Origin: Methanobacteriota archaeon
Lineage (GTDB): Archaea > Halobacteriota > Bog-38 > Methanoflorentales > Methanoflorentaceae
DNA: 64,000 bases
NCBI GenBank assembly: GCA_963720465.1
Contig: OY970393.1
Coordinates: 1,184,001-1,248,000, forward strand
Direction of reading: 5' to 3'
Positions 49,800 to 59,686 of the stretch are shown here, one piece after another; the stretch's first letter is position 1; the number at the start of each line of letters is the position of its first letter. The position numbers were made by a program, and so were the translations under genes. The notes under the pieces were generated by a model, which searched no databases, was not told the DNA's origin, and saw only the letters and a list, made by a program, of their open reading frames with translations.

Positions 49800-50462
49800 A
49801 TGGCCACCCTACCTCAACTTCTCGCTGTCGTGATTCCGCTTGCCATCGCGGCCATGATAAGCCCTTTGGCGATCATAACCGTCATGACAGTGCTGAGCTC
49901 AGCTGAACACCGGCTCAAAAAAGGCGTGATCTTTGTCGCTACGTACTGTGTCGTATTTTCGCTGATATGCCTTGTTTTTCTTGCCCTCGGAAGCCTGACC
50001 ACGACCGGTGGCAAGCCGTCGTTGACGACGGTGACGATCGACTTCATCCTCGGTCTCCTCCTCCTCTACGCAAGCGCTCGTTCGCTCCTCAAGAAACAGG
50101 AATCAAAAACGTTTGACGCGACGGCAATGGGTTCAGGAGCATTGGTTTCTATGGGCATCGTCTTCGGCTTCGGCAACATCTTCTCATCGCTTCCGGCTCT
50201 CGCCGCAAGCAAGGATATCGGTGTCGTCGTGCTATCCGTTCACGACAAAGCAATCGCCTTTTTCCTGGTAATGGCCATAGCGCTGTGCTGGTGTTGGGGG
50301 CCACTCGCCATTTATGCCGTAACGCCGCGAAATTTTGACCGCATCTTCGATCCCATAATCCGTTTCTTGAAGAAACACGGCAGCCAAGTGATTGCCGTCG
50401 TGTTCTTCCTTGTTGGCATCTTCCTTATCGCGCGTGGCGTGACGTCGGCAATGATGTTGTAG
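49800..50462 (+). CDS. GAP/Sap family (lipid-addressing, LysE-like) membrane protein
   Basis: IPLAIAAMISPLAI N-terminus, six TM segments and the C-terminal FL.KH...I..V.F..VG pattern. Confidence 0.75.
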   Translation: MATLPQLLAVVIPLAIAAMISPLAIITVMTVLSSAEHRLKKGVIFVATYCVVFSLICLVFLALGSLTTTGGKPSLTTVTIDFILGLLLLYASARSLLKKQESKTFDATAMGSGALVSMGIVFGFGNIFSSLPALAASKDIGVVVLSVHDKAIAFFLVMAIALCWCWGPLAIYAVTPRNFDRIFDPIIRFLKKHGSQVIAVVFFLVGIFLIARGVTSAMML

Positions 50463-50507
50463 GCCGATCCGGCACTTCCACGCGAGCGCCGCTCCTACCC
50501 GAATCTC

Positions 50508-51156
50508 TTATTGGTTGCCTCTGTCACCCAACCGTTCCATGACCCACGCTCTGCGGTAGATGAGGTACCCGACAAGCACCACAAGCCCCACGATGACCAC
50601 GATATTGAAGTACCTGAATAATCCCGTGATACTGTGCCAGTGAGGCCCGAGCGCGACACCCGCGTACGCGAAGCCAAAGCAGAACGGAAGCGACCCCAGG
50701 AAGGTATAAATGGAGAATTTCCTCAGGTCCATCCGGACGATGCCGGCAGGAAATGAGATATACGTGCGGACGACGGGAAGCAGCCTGCTGATGAAGACGG
50801 CACTTTCCCCGTGCTTTCCAAACCATTGCTCACCACGGTCAAGCTCACTCTTGCGTATGAGCACGTATTTGCCATAGCGTTCAAGCAACGGCCTGCCGCC
50901 GTACGCCCCGATTCCGTAGGCGATGAGGGAGCCAGTTAGGCAGCCGAGCGTACCGGCAAGGGTGATGCCAAGAAGGGTAAGTTGCCCTTCCCAGACGACG
51001 TACCCGGCGAAGGCCATGATGATCTCGCTCGGAAGCGGCAAGCCGGTATCTCTCAAGCGTCATTCCGACGAAAACACCTCCATAGCCGAGCTGTTCAATG
51101 ACGGCGATGACGAAGTTGCTGAGCGTCTCAAAGATGTTAATGGTGAGGGCGAGCAC
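50508..51156 (-). CDS. DedA family membrane protein, frameshifted near 51050
   Basis: GYGGVFVGMTLE / TGLPLPSEIIMAFAG, and SRLLPVVRTYISFPAG. One extra base in GAGAGATACC splits the frame. Confidence 0.88.
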
Positions 51157-51507
51157 GCGTCACCTCCTGTCCAACAGTCAAGCGACGCCTCGCGATCGCC
51201 CAAAAGATCGCTTTTCTGCTCCTACTAACCTCGGTATGCAACGTGCTTCCTCACAAGAACGTCTGCGTCTTAGGATGCCTAACTGCGCCAAAGCGGCAGC
51301 AGAGCGTGACGATGCCTTCTACGTCGTAAACTGAGCCACGCAGGTCTTAATAAGACTTACTACGACGCTGATTAGGATCGTCCCCGGAAAGACGCCCTCG
51401 CTCTGTGTGTCCAAGCCTAACGCTCAAAAGCAGAAAAGATCCGGCAAGCGCGACCAAAAATCCGATGGAAATGAGATAGCGCGGCGGTGTGCGAGCCGAA
51501 ACATTCG

Positions 51508-51873
51508 TCACTCATTTAGGGTTGCCCGCACAACCTTCAAAAGCTCGTCAGGATCGACTGGTTTTAAAATGTAGGCGTTCGCTTGCAAAATCAGAGACCT
51601 CAGGGCGCCGTCCAAACTGGCGTAGCCTGTGACCATGATCGTTCTCATCTTGGGGTCGATTTCCCGCAATTGCTCGAGCAGTTGCGTGCCATCCATATCG
51701 GGGAGCTTGATATCCAAAAGCGCAAGATCGTGCGAGCCACTTGTGCATTTCTCAATCGCCTCGTGACCGGTTTCTGCAGTTTCCACGTCGTACCCGTGCT
51801 CACTTAAGATGTGCATAAAACCGGTCAGTATCTCTCGGTCATCGTCGACTACCAATATGGTCAGTTTTCCCAC
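51508..51873 (-). CDS. Stand-alone response regulator (REC)
   Basis: VVDDD, LLDIKLPDMDG, VTG and KP motifs. Confidence 0.93.
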   Translation of the reverse strand: MGKLTILVVDDDREILTGFMHILSEHGYDVETAETGHEAIEKCTSGSHDLALLDIKLPDMDGTQLLEQLREIDPKMRTIMVTGYASLDGALRSLILQANAYILKPVDPDELLKVVRATLNE

Positions 51874-51927
51874 GAGTTCGCCTCCTCGTTCTGCCTTGCC
51901 TGGGTACCGTTTCGGGAGTGTCCGCTC

Positions 51928-52728
51928 CTACAGGACCACGCTCTCTGATAATGCGACATGATACTCAAACAATTCTTGCCCCCACGCAATCGCCTCTGTA
52001 TTTTGGCTTGTTAACGTATACGAATAATCAAATGCACCGTCTAAACGATAGAGCGCAAGCGCCATGAACGCGTCAGCGACGACCAGGACAAGTTTGGGAT
52101 TGTCTCTGGTCTCATAAAGCTCAAGGTTCTCGCTGCGTGCCTTGCTCAAACGTTCACGACCGATCTCGTCAATCAAATGGTTCGATACTTCATCGGTGAG
52201 CACGAGCGCCACGTGTTGTTGGCGAGAAAACTGCTCAAGCACGAGTTCGCCAACCTCCTGAATGTAGAACGGGGAAACCAGTTTTACGACTTTACTGTCT
52301 CGAAACAGCTCGACAAAATGGCGCAAAGCTTTAAAAATATCAGTGGGGGTGCCTGCGATGAGTGTAGCGTCGCGTAACGACCCGATCTTGTCAAATAGAT
52401 GATCGGGGATCCCACCCATGTCGTGCTCGAACCAGAATGCTTCATCCCTCATTAGCACCGCCATTGCACCTTGAAAATCGATGACTTTGCGTGCAGCGCT
52501 CCTGCCGACGGGGGTCAACATGTAGTTTCTGTTTGTATCTTGTCGAATGATATGACTCGTTTCAAGCTCTCGCAACGCGTGTACGATCGCGGGAGAGGAG
52601 AGCTTGAGCTCGTCCCGCAGCTCGCGAAGCGATTTCATCCCTTCATTCATCAAGAGGAGGATGTCTTTTCGTTGGTCAGAGCAAACGGCGAGACGTATGA
52701 CCTTGTCTACGTCTAAGGTTTCTTTCAT
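51928..52728 (-). CDS. Winged-helix transcriptional regulator with DUF1724 (FilR1-like) domain
   Basis: S..RKDILL...SLRELRDEL..SSPAIVH.LREL, FW..HD..GIP and AIAWG.ELFEY motifs. Confidence 0.85.
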   Translation of the reverse strand: MKETLDVDKVIRLAVCSDQRKDILLLMNEGMKSLRELRDELKLSSPAIVHALRELETSHIIRQDTNRNYMLTPVGRSAARKVIDFQGAMAVLMRDEAFWFEHDMGGIPDHLFDKIGSLRDATLIAGTPTDIFKALRHFVELFRDSKVVKLVSPFYIQEVGELVLEQFSRQQHVALVLTDEVSNHLIDEIGRERLSKARSENLELYETRDNPKLVLVVADAFMALALYRLDGAFDYSYTLTSQNTEAIAWGQELFEYHVALSESVVL

Positions 52729-53140
52729 GTCCGCGTATCTAACTCCCGACGACTGGCTACACCGCCTACGCAATTACCTCGATAGCATTTAGTCTTTGTG
52801 ATCGCGCGACGCTCAGCCTCGTACCGCACGAACGAACCTGCTGTTAAGGAAGATTCGAAAAGAGATTAGCTGAGCCGAGTTACCGCCTGCTATCGCGTCT
52901 TCTCCCGTCACACGATACCAGCGACGTCACAGCCTGTCTCCCGCAGTAGGAACCTTATCTCCTCCGCGACGTACCTCACTGCAGCGTGCGGCGCACCTGT
53001 GTTGATTCGATTCGGCACGGTATCTGCTTGCCTCTCTACACTCAGCTGAGCTTATTAGCTTGACTACAACACAGACGCGAGAGAAGCAACGCAGGATAAG
53101 ATATATCTTCCTTCTGCGCACTTTGAAGGGGAAGCACGTC

Positions 53141-55762
53141 ATGATACGCATATTACTCGCTGTAGATGATCCAGAGCAGGATATTCAGAACCAATTGCAG
53201 CCGATGAACTACGACGTCCTGACCGCGAGCGCCGACGAAGTGACCGAGCGCGTAGATGAGTTACGACCCGACATCATCCTCATGGATGTCAGGTTAGAGG
53301 GAGAGACGGACGGGATCGAAGTTGCTCAACAAATCAAGAGTCGCCACGACATTCCTATCATCTTCATCACCTCCAACGCTGACGAGGCGACGGTGCAGCG
53401 GGCAATTACGGCTGAACCCGACGGTTTTCTCATCAAGCCGCTTGATGCGCTTGAGCTGAGGGCTGCGATCGAAATGGCGATGCGCAGGCACGGGATGAAA
53501 GCAAAGGCGCACGAGAGCGATCGCCGTATTCGTGAGATCACCGAGTCGCTGTCTGAGGTGATATTTGAAACGGATATGGCTGGAAATATCACGTTTGTCA
53601 ACCGTGCAGGGCTGAAAGAGTTCGGCTACACACAAGAGCAGGTCGAAAGAGGGATGACGCTCTATGATATCGTTCCCGCTGACAAACACGAAGAAATACG
53701 CGAATCCATTGCTCAGGCGGTAATTGATGAACCTTCGGAGTGGATAGAGGTCCCTGGGCTGCGGCGCGATGGTAGCACATTCCCGGTCTCTGTACATGCT
53801 TCAGTGATCGTTCGAGAAGGCGTTCCGGTAGGGATACGCGGGATCGCCTTGAACGTTACGGAACAGAAGCGTACTGAAGCGGCTTTAATACGGAGCGAAC
53901 GACGCATCCGCGAGCTCACCGACGCGCTCCCTGTCGTTGTGTATGAAACAGACGCAACTGGTCGCATGAACTTCGTGAATGCGACGGCCTTTGACCTGTT
54001 CGGCTACACGAAAGAGGAATTTGAAGCGGGGATGTCTATATTTCAACTGATCACTCCCGCCGATAGGCGGCGGGCACGCGCGGTGTTTCATCGGAGGATA
54101 AGTAGGGAAGATGTCGGCCAGGTGGAGTACCGCGGACTGCGGAAAAACGGAAGCACGTTGTTTGTTTCAATCCGTTCTGCACTAACGAGGCAAGACGATG
54201 CTGTCGCCGGGCTGCGTGGTATCATCCTCGACATTACCGAGCGCAAGAAAGCGGAGTCGCTCCTTCACGGGGTACAAGAAGAGCTACGACAGCACGCAAC
54301 GATGTTTGATGCGGCGCGCGACGCCATCATGACCTTGGATCCAGAAGGGACCATAACGTACTGGAACCGTGGCGCCCAGCGCTTGTATGGATGGACGAAG
54401 GAAGAGGCGGAAGGTCAAAATGCGAACGCGCTGCTGCGCACAAGGTTCCCTGAATCGCGCGAAGCGCTGTGGCCTAAGCTTATGGAGAGCGGACTGTGGG
54501 AAGGAGAGCTGATCAACGTAACGCGCGATGATGTTCCGGTCGCGGTCACGAGCAGCTGGACCCTGATCAAGGATGAGGGGGGCAATGCGTCCGCTGTTCT
54601 AGAAATAAGCAGTGACATCACCGAGCGCAAGAGAGCGGAGGCGGCACTCGCAGAATCTGAAGCAAAACTGCGCATCACCTTCGCAACTATGGCAGACGGA
54701 ATGGTGATCGCGGCGTTGGACGAGACGGTTACCGATTGCAATGAAGCTGTCTTACGTCTCACCCAGCGATCACGGGAAGAGATAATAGGAAAGCCGTTCG
54801 AGGATCTCCTCCCTCCTGAGTTTCGTTCGCTGATCCCCGATGCACGTAAGTTCCTCGTCGGAGCTGTCCTCGCGAGAACAGCGCCTAGCCGTGGGAAAAA
54901 AGAAACCGTCCGCACTGACTCGCAACTGCTCCGGAAAAATGGAGAAAGGGTCGACATAGAAGCAAATATCTCCACGATTGAAGATGCCTCGGGGCAACCA
55001 GCTGAATTTCTCATAGTCGCGCGAGACGTCACTGAGCGCAAGCAAATGGAGTTCCGACTCGACAGTTCACTCGCTGACCTCCAACGATCTAACGCTGAAC
55101 TAGAACAGTTTGCGTACGTCACGTCACACGACCTGCAAGAACCACTGCGAATGATAACGAGTTACATTCAAATAATTGAGGAGGACTACAAAGGAAAACT
55201 TGACGCTGATGCTGACCAATACATCGCATTTGCCGTCGAAGGCGCAAAACGAATGCACACGCTCGTAAATGACCTTTTGGCGTATTCGCGTGTGGGCACG
55301 CGGGGGGAGCCGTTCATGCCAATCAGTTTAAATAACGTCCTTTCCGCAGCGACTGCGAATCTTGACGTTGCGATAGAAGAGAGCCACGCAGTGGTTACGC
55401 ACGATCGATTGCCAACCGTGCTCGGCGACGAGTCCCAGCTTATTCAGCTTTTCCAGAACCTGTTAGGCAATGCGATAAAGTTTCAGAGCGCTGCTCCTCC
55501 GATCATTCACGTAGGCGTAGAGCAGACGAAAGATGGCTGGGAATTTTCGGTGCACGACAATGGGATCGGTATTGACATGAAATACGCAGAACGGATTTTT
55601 TCCGTATTTCAACGCCTCCACGCGCGTGAAGAGTACCCGGGAACGGGTATCGGACTTGCTGTCGTCAAGAAGATAGTTGAACGTCACGGGGGACGCATAT
55701 GGGTCGAATCAGAGCCAGCAAACGGCTCGACGTTTTACTTTACGCTTCCAAAGGGGGAATAG
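53141..55762 (+). CDS. Hybrid sensor histidine kinase (REC, 4 PAS, HisKA, HATPase)
   Basis: REC domain, four PAS/PAC repeats ending (D/N)(I/V)TE(R/Q)K, H-box FAYVTSHDLQEPLR, NAIKF, DNGIG and GTGIGL. Confidence 0.95.
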   Translation: MIRILLAVDDPEQDIQNQLQPMNYDVLTASADEVTERVDELRPDIILMDVRLEGETDGIEVAQQIKSRHDIPIIFITSNADEATVQRAITAEPDGFLIKPLDALELRAAIEMAMRRHGMKAKAHESDRRIREITESLSEVIFETDMAGNITFVNRAGLKEFGYTQEQVERGMTLYDIVPADKHEEIRESIAQAVIDEPSEWIEVPGLRRDGSTFPVSVHASVIVREGVPVGIRGIALNVTEQKRTEAALIRSERRIRELTDALPVVVYETDATGRMNFVNATAFDLFGYTKEEFEAGMSIFQLITPADRRRARAVFHRRISREDVGQVEYRGLRKNGSTLFVSIRSALTRQDDAVAGLRGIILDITERKKAESLLHGVQEELRQHATMFDAARDAIMTLDPEGTITYWNRGAQRLYGWTKEEAEGQNANALLRTRFPESREALWPKLMESGLWEGELINVTRDDVPVAVTSSWTLIKDEGGNASAVLEISSDITERKRAEAALAESEAKLRITFATMADGMVIAALDETVTDCNEAVLRLTQRSREEIIGKPFEDLLPPEFRSLIPDARKFLVGAVLARTAPSRGKKETVRTDSQLLRKNGERVDIEANISTIEDASGQPAEFLIVARDVTERKQMEFRLDSSLADLQRSNAELEQFAYVTSHDLQEPLRMITSYIQIIEEDYKGKLDADADQYIAFAVEGAKRMHTLVNDLLAYSRVGTRGEPFMPISLNNVLSAATANLDVAIEESHAVVTHDRLPTVLGDESQLIQLFQNLLGNAIKFQSAAPPIIHVGVEQTKDGWEFSVHDNGIGIDMKYAERIFSVFQRLHAREEYPGTGIGLAVVKKIVERHGGRIWVESEPANGSTFYFTLPKGE

Positions 55763-55768
55763 TACGGT

Positions 55769-56219
55769 ATGAGCGAGCCAAATAGTGTGAATTACATAGA
55801 AATCTTGTTGGTGGAGGACAATCAAGGCGACGTCGTTCTGACCAAACGCGCTCTCAAGTCCGGCAAAGTGCTCCATAACCTGCACGTCGCAAATGACGGA
55901 GAAGCCGCACTTGCCTTTTTGCACGACGTGGAATATGGGCAGGCTCCGCGCCCAGATCTGATCTTGCTCGACCTTAACCTGCCAAAGGTGAACGGTCGCG
56001 AGGTGCTGAAAAAGATCAAATCCAACGAAGCGCTTGCGAGCATCCCAGTCGTCGTGTTGACGACGTCCAAAGCTGACGAGGACATCATGAAAACATACGA
56101 ATTACACGCCAACAGCTTCATCACCAAGCCGGTTGACTGGCCACAATTCATGAATGTGATACGGCGTATCGAAGAGGTACTGGTTCACGGTTGTGAAGCT
56201 CCCGCTGCGGGAGGACTGA
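55769..56219 (+). CDS. Rcp1-like response regulator (one extra base fuses it in frame to the next gene)
   Basis: LLVEDN, LLDLNLP and ANSFITKP. The family-typical tail EEYWFTVVKLP...* (TGA 56217-56219) lies in another frame after GAAGAGG at about 56171-56177. Confidence 0.8.
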
Positions 56220-56221
56220 GA

Positions 56222-57379
56222 ATGTACGCGCGTGATCGAGCGCTTAACGTCCTCCTCGTCGAGGACAACCCTGGCGATGCGCTCCTCATAAAACGGCTTC
56301 TGACTAAGTCATCCGCGACAAAGCACGCGCTTGACGCAGTGAATCGTCTCAATGCCGGGATAGAACGGTGCGACCAGGGGGGTTTCGACGTTGTGCTCCT
56401 CGATCTGGGTCTTCCTGATAGCCAGGGCTTCGCCACCGTCGCGACGATGCGCGCGGCAGTTCCGCACATGCCGATCATCGTGCTGACTGGTCTCGACGAT
56501 CTGGAATTGGCGGTACAAGCGGTGCGTGAAGGTGCGCAGGATTATCTCGTGAAAGGCACGGCGACGGTAGATACTCTGGAACGCGCTATGTACTATGCCA
56601 TCGAGCGCAAAAACCTTGAAGAGCAGCTTACGCAGTATTCTGAGCACCTTGAAGAGCTGGTGGAGCAAAAAACGGCTGAACTTAAGCGAGCGGAACGCTT
56701 GGCGGCTATCGGGCAAATGGCGGCAATGGTCGGACACGATCTCCGCAGCCCTTTGCAGGCCATTCTTAACACTATTTACCTCGAGAAAAAACAGGTCGAC
56801 TCGCTAGAAGGATGCCTCGCGCCTAGTGAGGGCCCTAAGGCACAGCAGCTCCACGACGGCTTGAACAAGATAGGCGAGCACGTTGCTTACATGAGCTCCA
56901 TGGTAACCGATCTGCTCGACTTTGCTCGGACGCCGAACCCGAAAATCACTCGAACAAGCACGAAACAACTCGTCGACGATGCCCTTCGTCGCGTTGTAGC
57001 ACCCAATAACGTTGCGATCGAGAAGAGGCTTGATCCTGGTCTACGCGATCTCGATATCGATCCGTTCCTTATGCAGCGGGCGCTGACAAACATTATTGGG
57101 AACGCGTTGCAAGCAATGCCGGACGGCGGCAGCCTGAGCATAATGACCAAGAAAAACGGACAGAGCGCCTCCATAAGCATAGCCGATACAGGAACGGGCA
57201 TACCGCCGGAAAACATAAGTAAGCTCTTCGAGCCGCTGTTCACCACAAAATCACGAGGTGTGGGGCTCGGCTTAGCCATCGTGAAGTCCATGATTGAAGC
57301 TCACGGCGGGACCATTACCGTTGAGAGTGACGTCGGCCGAGGTTCGACGTTCTGCATCACCCTACCGCTTCGCGGCTGA
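56222..57379 (+). CDS. Hybrid REC-histidine kinase
   Basis: LLVEDNPGD, LLDLGLPD, H-box GHDLRSPL, NALQAM, DTGTG and GVGLGL. Confidence 0.88.
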   Translation: MYARDRALNVLLVEDNPGDALLIKRLLTKSSATKHALDAVNRLNAGIERCDQGGFDVVLLDLGLPDSQGFATVATMRAAVPHMPIIVLTGLDDLELAVQAVREGAQDYLVKGTATVDTLERAMYYAIERKNLEEQLTQYSEHLEELVEQKTAELKRAERLAAIGQMAAMVGHDLRSPLQAILNTIYLEKKQVDSLEGCLAPSEGPKAQQLHDGLNKIGEHVAYMSSMVTDLLDFARTPNPKITRTSTKQLVDDALRRVVAPNNVAIEKRLDPGLRDLDIDPFLMQRALTNIIGNALQAMPDGGSLSIMTKKNGQSASISIADTGTGIPPENISKLFEPLFTTKSRGVGLGLAIVKSMIEAHGGTITVESDVGRGSTFCITLPLRG

Positions 57380-57585
57380 GGTCTGCAGATAGCGACGACC
57401 TTGTTGTTCAAAGGCGGCTACAGGCGGGTCGTCCAAGTGTCACGGACATCGCGAGTAATGCTAGCGCCTCGCGAAGGATGGATGGATGCTCCGCGTGTCA
57501 CGGGCTACGTGCCTCCACAGCTTCGTCCTCAAGGCGAAGGTTGTTTAAGTTGGGAACGAACCAGCATAATCTGGACGTTTAGAGC

Positions 57586-58704
57586 ATGGCTGCAATTCTG
57601 GTAGTTGAAGAAGAGGCGGTTATCGCGCACGACCTCGCACGACTGATACGACACATGGGCTATACCGTTGATACTGTCTGTTCAGGCGAAGATGCGCTAC
57701 GTACAGCCGAAGGGAAACCTCCCGACCTCGTCATCATCGATATTAGCCTTCCAGGACAATTAAACGGAATTGAAACTGCAATCGTCCTGAAGGAGGTGCT
57801 TGCGGTACCTTTCATCTACGTAGCCGCACGCGGCGATGCAGCCACGATGGACCGCGCCACGGCCACCAGACCATTCGGCTACATCTTGAAGCCATTCGAG
57901 GATGCCGAGGTCTACAGCGCCGTTGAAATAGCACTGTATCTGCACGGGACTGAGCAAGAGCTAAGACGGCGCGCCGAACATTTGGAGGGACTCCTAGAAG
58001 AAGAGGGCTTGCAACTTGGAGAGACAGAGCGCTTGGCTGCTATTGGAGAGACCGCAACGCTCGTGGGACACGACCTTCGCAATCCGCTGCAAGTGCTCAT
58101 GAACCTAACCTTTAGCATGAAAAAGGCGTTCAACGCGATCCCTTCGCCCTTTACGAACGGCGAGTACCAGCAGAAGGCTTTAGATTTTTGTGCCGGCGTC
58201 GAAAAGCAGATCCTTTACATGGATAAGATCGTCTCCAATTTGCAGGATTACGCGCAGCGCCCTATTAAGCGAAACATTCTCGTTAACGAATTGATTTCCG
58301 ATGCGCTCTCCAGAGTCTTTGTGCCCGATAATGTCACTGTCTGCGTAGACGTCGATCCTGACATCGAAAGGCTTAACGGAGATCCCTTGCTCTTATCGCG
58401 CGTTTTTGCAAACCTGATTCAAAATGCCGTCCAAGCGATGCCACGCGGTGGACAGGTGGCAATTAGCGCAAGAAAATTGGCAAGAGAGCTCGCGATAAGT
58501 GTGGCAGACGAAGGAACGGGTATACCTGAAGAAGATCTCAAATCCATATTTCGGCCACTTACCACGAACAAAGCGCAAGGAATGGGATTTGGACTGGCCG
58601 TTTGTGACAAAACCGTCAAGCAGCACGGCGGACGCGTTGAAGTGGACAGCACCGTCGGCCAAGGGTCCACGTTTACCGTGCTTCTTCCCTTGGATACCAA
58701 ATGA
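57586..58704 (+). CDS. Hybrid REC-histidine kinase
   Basis: REC domain (IIDI, KP), GHDLRNPL, NAVQAM, DEGTG and GMGFGL. Confidence 0.92.
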   Translation: MAAILVVEEEAVIAHDLARLIRHMGYTVDTVCSGEDALRTAEGKPPDLVIIDISLPGQLNGIETAIVLKEVLAVPFIYVAARGDAATMDRATATRPFGYILKPFEDAEVYSAVEIALYLHGTEQELRRRAEHLEGLLEEEGLQLGETERLAAIGETATLVGHDLRNPLQVLMNLTFSMKKAFNAIPSPFTNGEYQQKALDFCAGVEKQILYMDKIVSNLQDYAQRPIKRNILVNELISDALSRVFVPDNVTVCVDVDPDIERLNGDPLLLSRVFANLIQNAVQAMPRGGQVAISARKLARELAISVADEGTGIPEEDLKSIFRPLTTNKAQGMGFGLAVCDKTVKQHGGRVEVDSTVGQGSTFTVLLPLDTK

Positions 58705-58713
58705 TCAGGGCGC

Positions 58714-58860
58714 CTGAGCAAAAAGAGCATATTGGCCATAGATGATAATTATGTCATCTCGATGAGCTTCTCAGAGATCCTGAGAATCACGGCTTTCACG
58801 TGAAAACGGCCGCGACGGAAGAGAGGCGCTTGAGAGAGATCCGCGCAGAACGGCACCAGT
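58714..58860 (+). pseudogene. Response-regulator relic
   Basis: Three frames give SKKSILAIDDNYVISMSFSEIL / ENHGFHVKTAAT / GREALE, the N-terminal half of a REC domain with two frameshifts. Confidence 0.55.
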
Positions 58861-59105
58861 TCATTAGATCGAAAAAAGAAACGTAAATTCTTTCCATCGT
58901 GGCATAGTGGGATTAACGAGCGACGCAGCAACAAAACGCAACGCATATGTACGCCGATAGCGAGCTATATGCGACTTGCCTGAGCTGGTTAACGGCAGGC
59001 TCTCAGATCAGGCAGATACGACGTAAGTCGCAACGAGAATACACATCCAAGCCTATTGGAGACTATCGTAACGCACTCATTGGGCATCGGTAAGATTCTT
59101 GGCCG

Positions 59106-59612
59106 ATGGGATTCTTGATTATAGTGCAACAGGCAGGCGATACCATCCAAAAGAACACCGTGCTCATTGTTGACGACGATCAGGCCATTCTCGAGAGTTC
59201 CAAAGCCATCGTCGAGAGCGCAGGCTATGCCGTGCAAACAGCAGAAACCGCGCGAGATGCCATTCGCAAGGCAAAAAGTGACTGGTTTGACATCGCGCTC
59301 TTGGACATAGAACTTCCTGACATGACCGGCACCGAGCTGCTTGAGCGGCTCCAGGAGATCAAGCCGCGGATGATTAAGATCATGGTGACTGGGTCCGCGA
59401 GTTTGGATAACGCTATTCAATGTGTTAATTTGGCCGCAAACGCCTACGTCGTTAAGCCTTTTAATCCGGCTGATTTGTTACAGGTAATAGAGGAGAAGCT
59501 AAAAGAACGACGTGCCGCTGAAAGAGTCGATGAGAATAAAGTGACCGACTTTATAGAAGAACGACTTCAAAAGCTAGAAACGTTGCATTCATTCGAACGA
59601 AACGATAAATGA
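59106..59612 (+). CDS. Stand-alone response regulator (REC plus short helical tail)
   Basis: IVDDD, LLDIELPDMTG, VTG and KP motifs. Start uncertain. Confidence 0.9.
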   Translation: MGFLIIVQQAGDTIQKNTVLIVDDDQAILESSKAIVESAGYAVQTAETARDAIRKAKSDWFDIALLDIELPDMTGTELLERLQEIKPRMIKIMVTGSASLDNAIQCVNLAANAYVVKPFNPADLLQVIEEKLKERRAAERVDENKVTDFIEERLQKLETLHSFERNDK

Positions 59613-59686
59613 ATGTATCCTTCTAAAAAACCGGCCTCTCAGCGCTAACGGACGGGTTACCGTAAGGATTCCACGGAGCTCGCACG

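Noticed and set aside
48617-56219. Programmed ribosomal frameshifting at the three broken genes
   Set aside because: No X XXY YYZ slippery sites or obvious stimulatory structures. Sequencing indels or recent mutations are more parsimonious.
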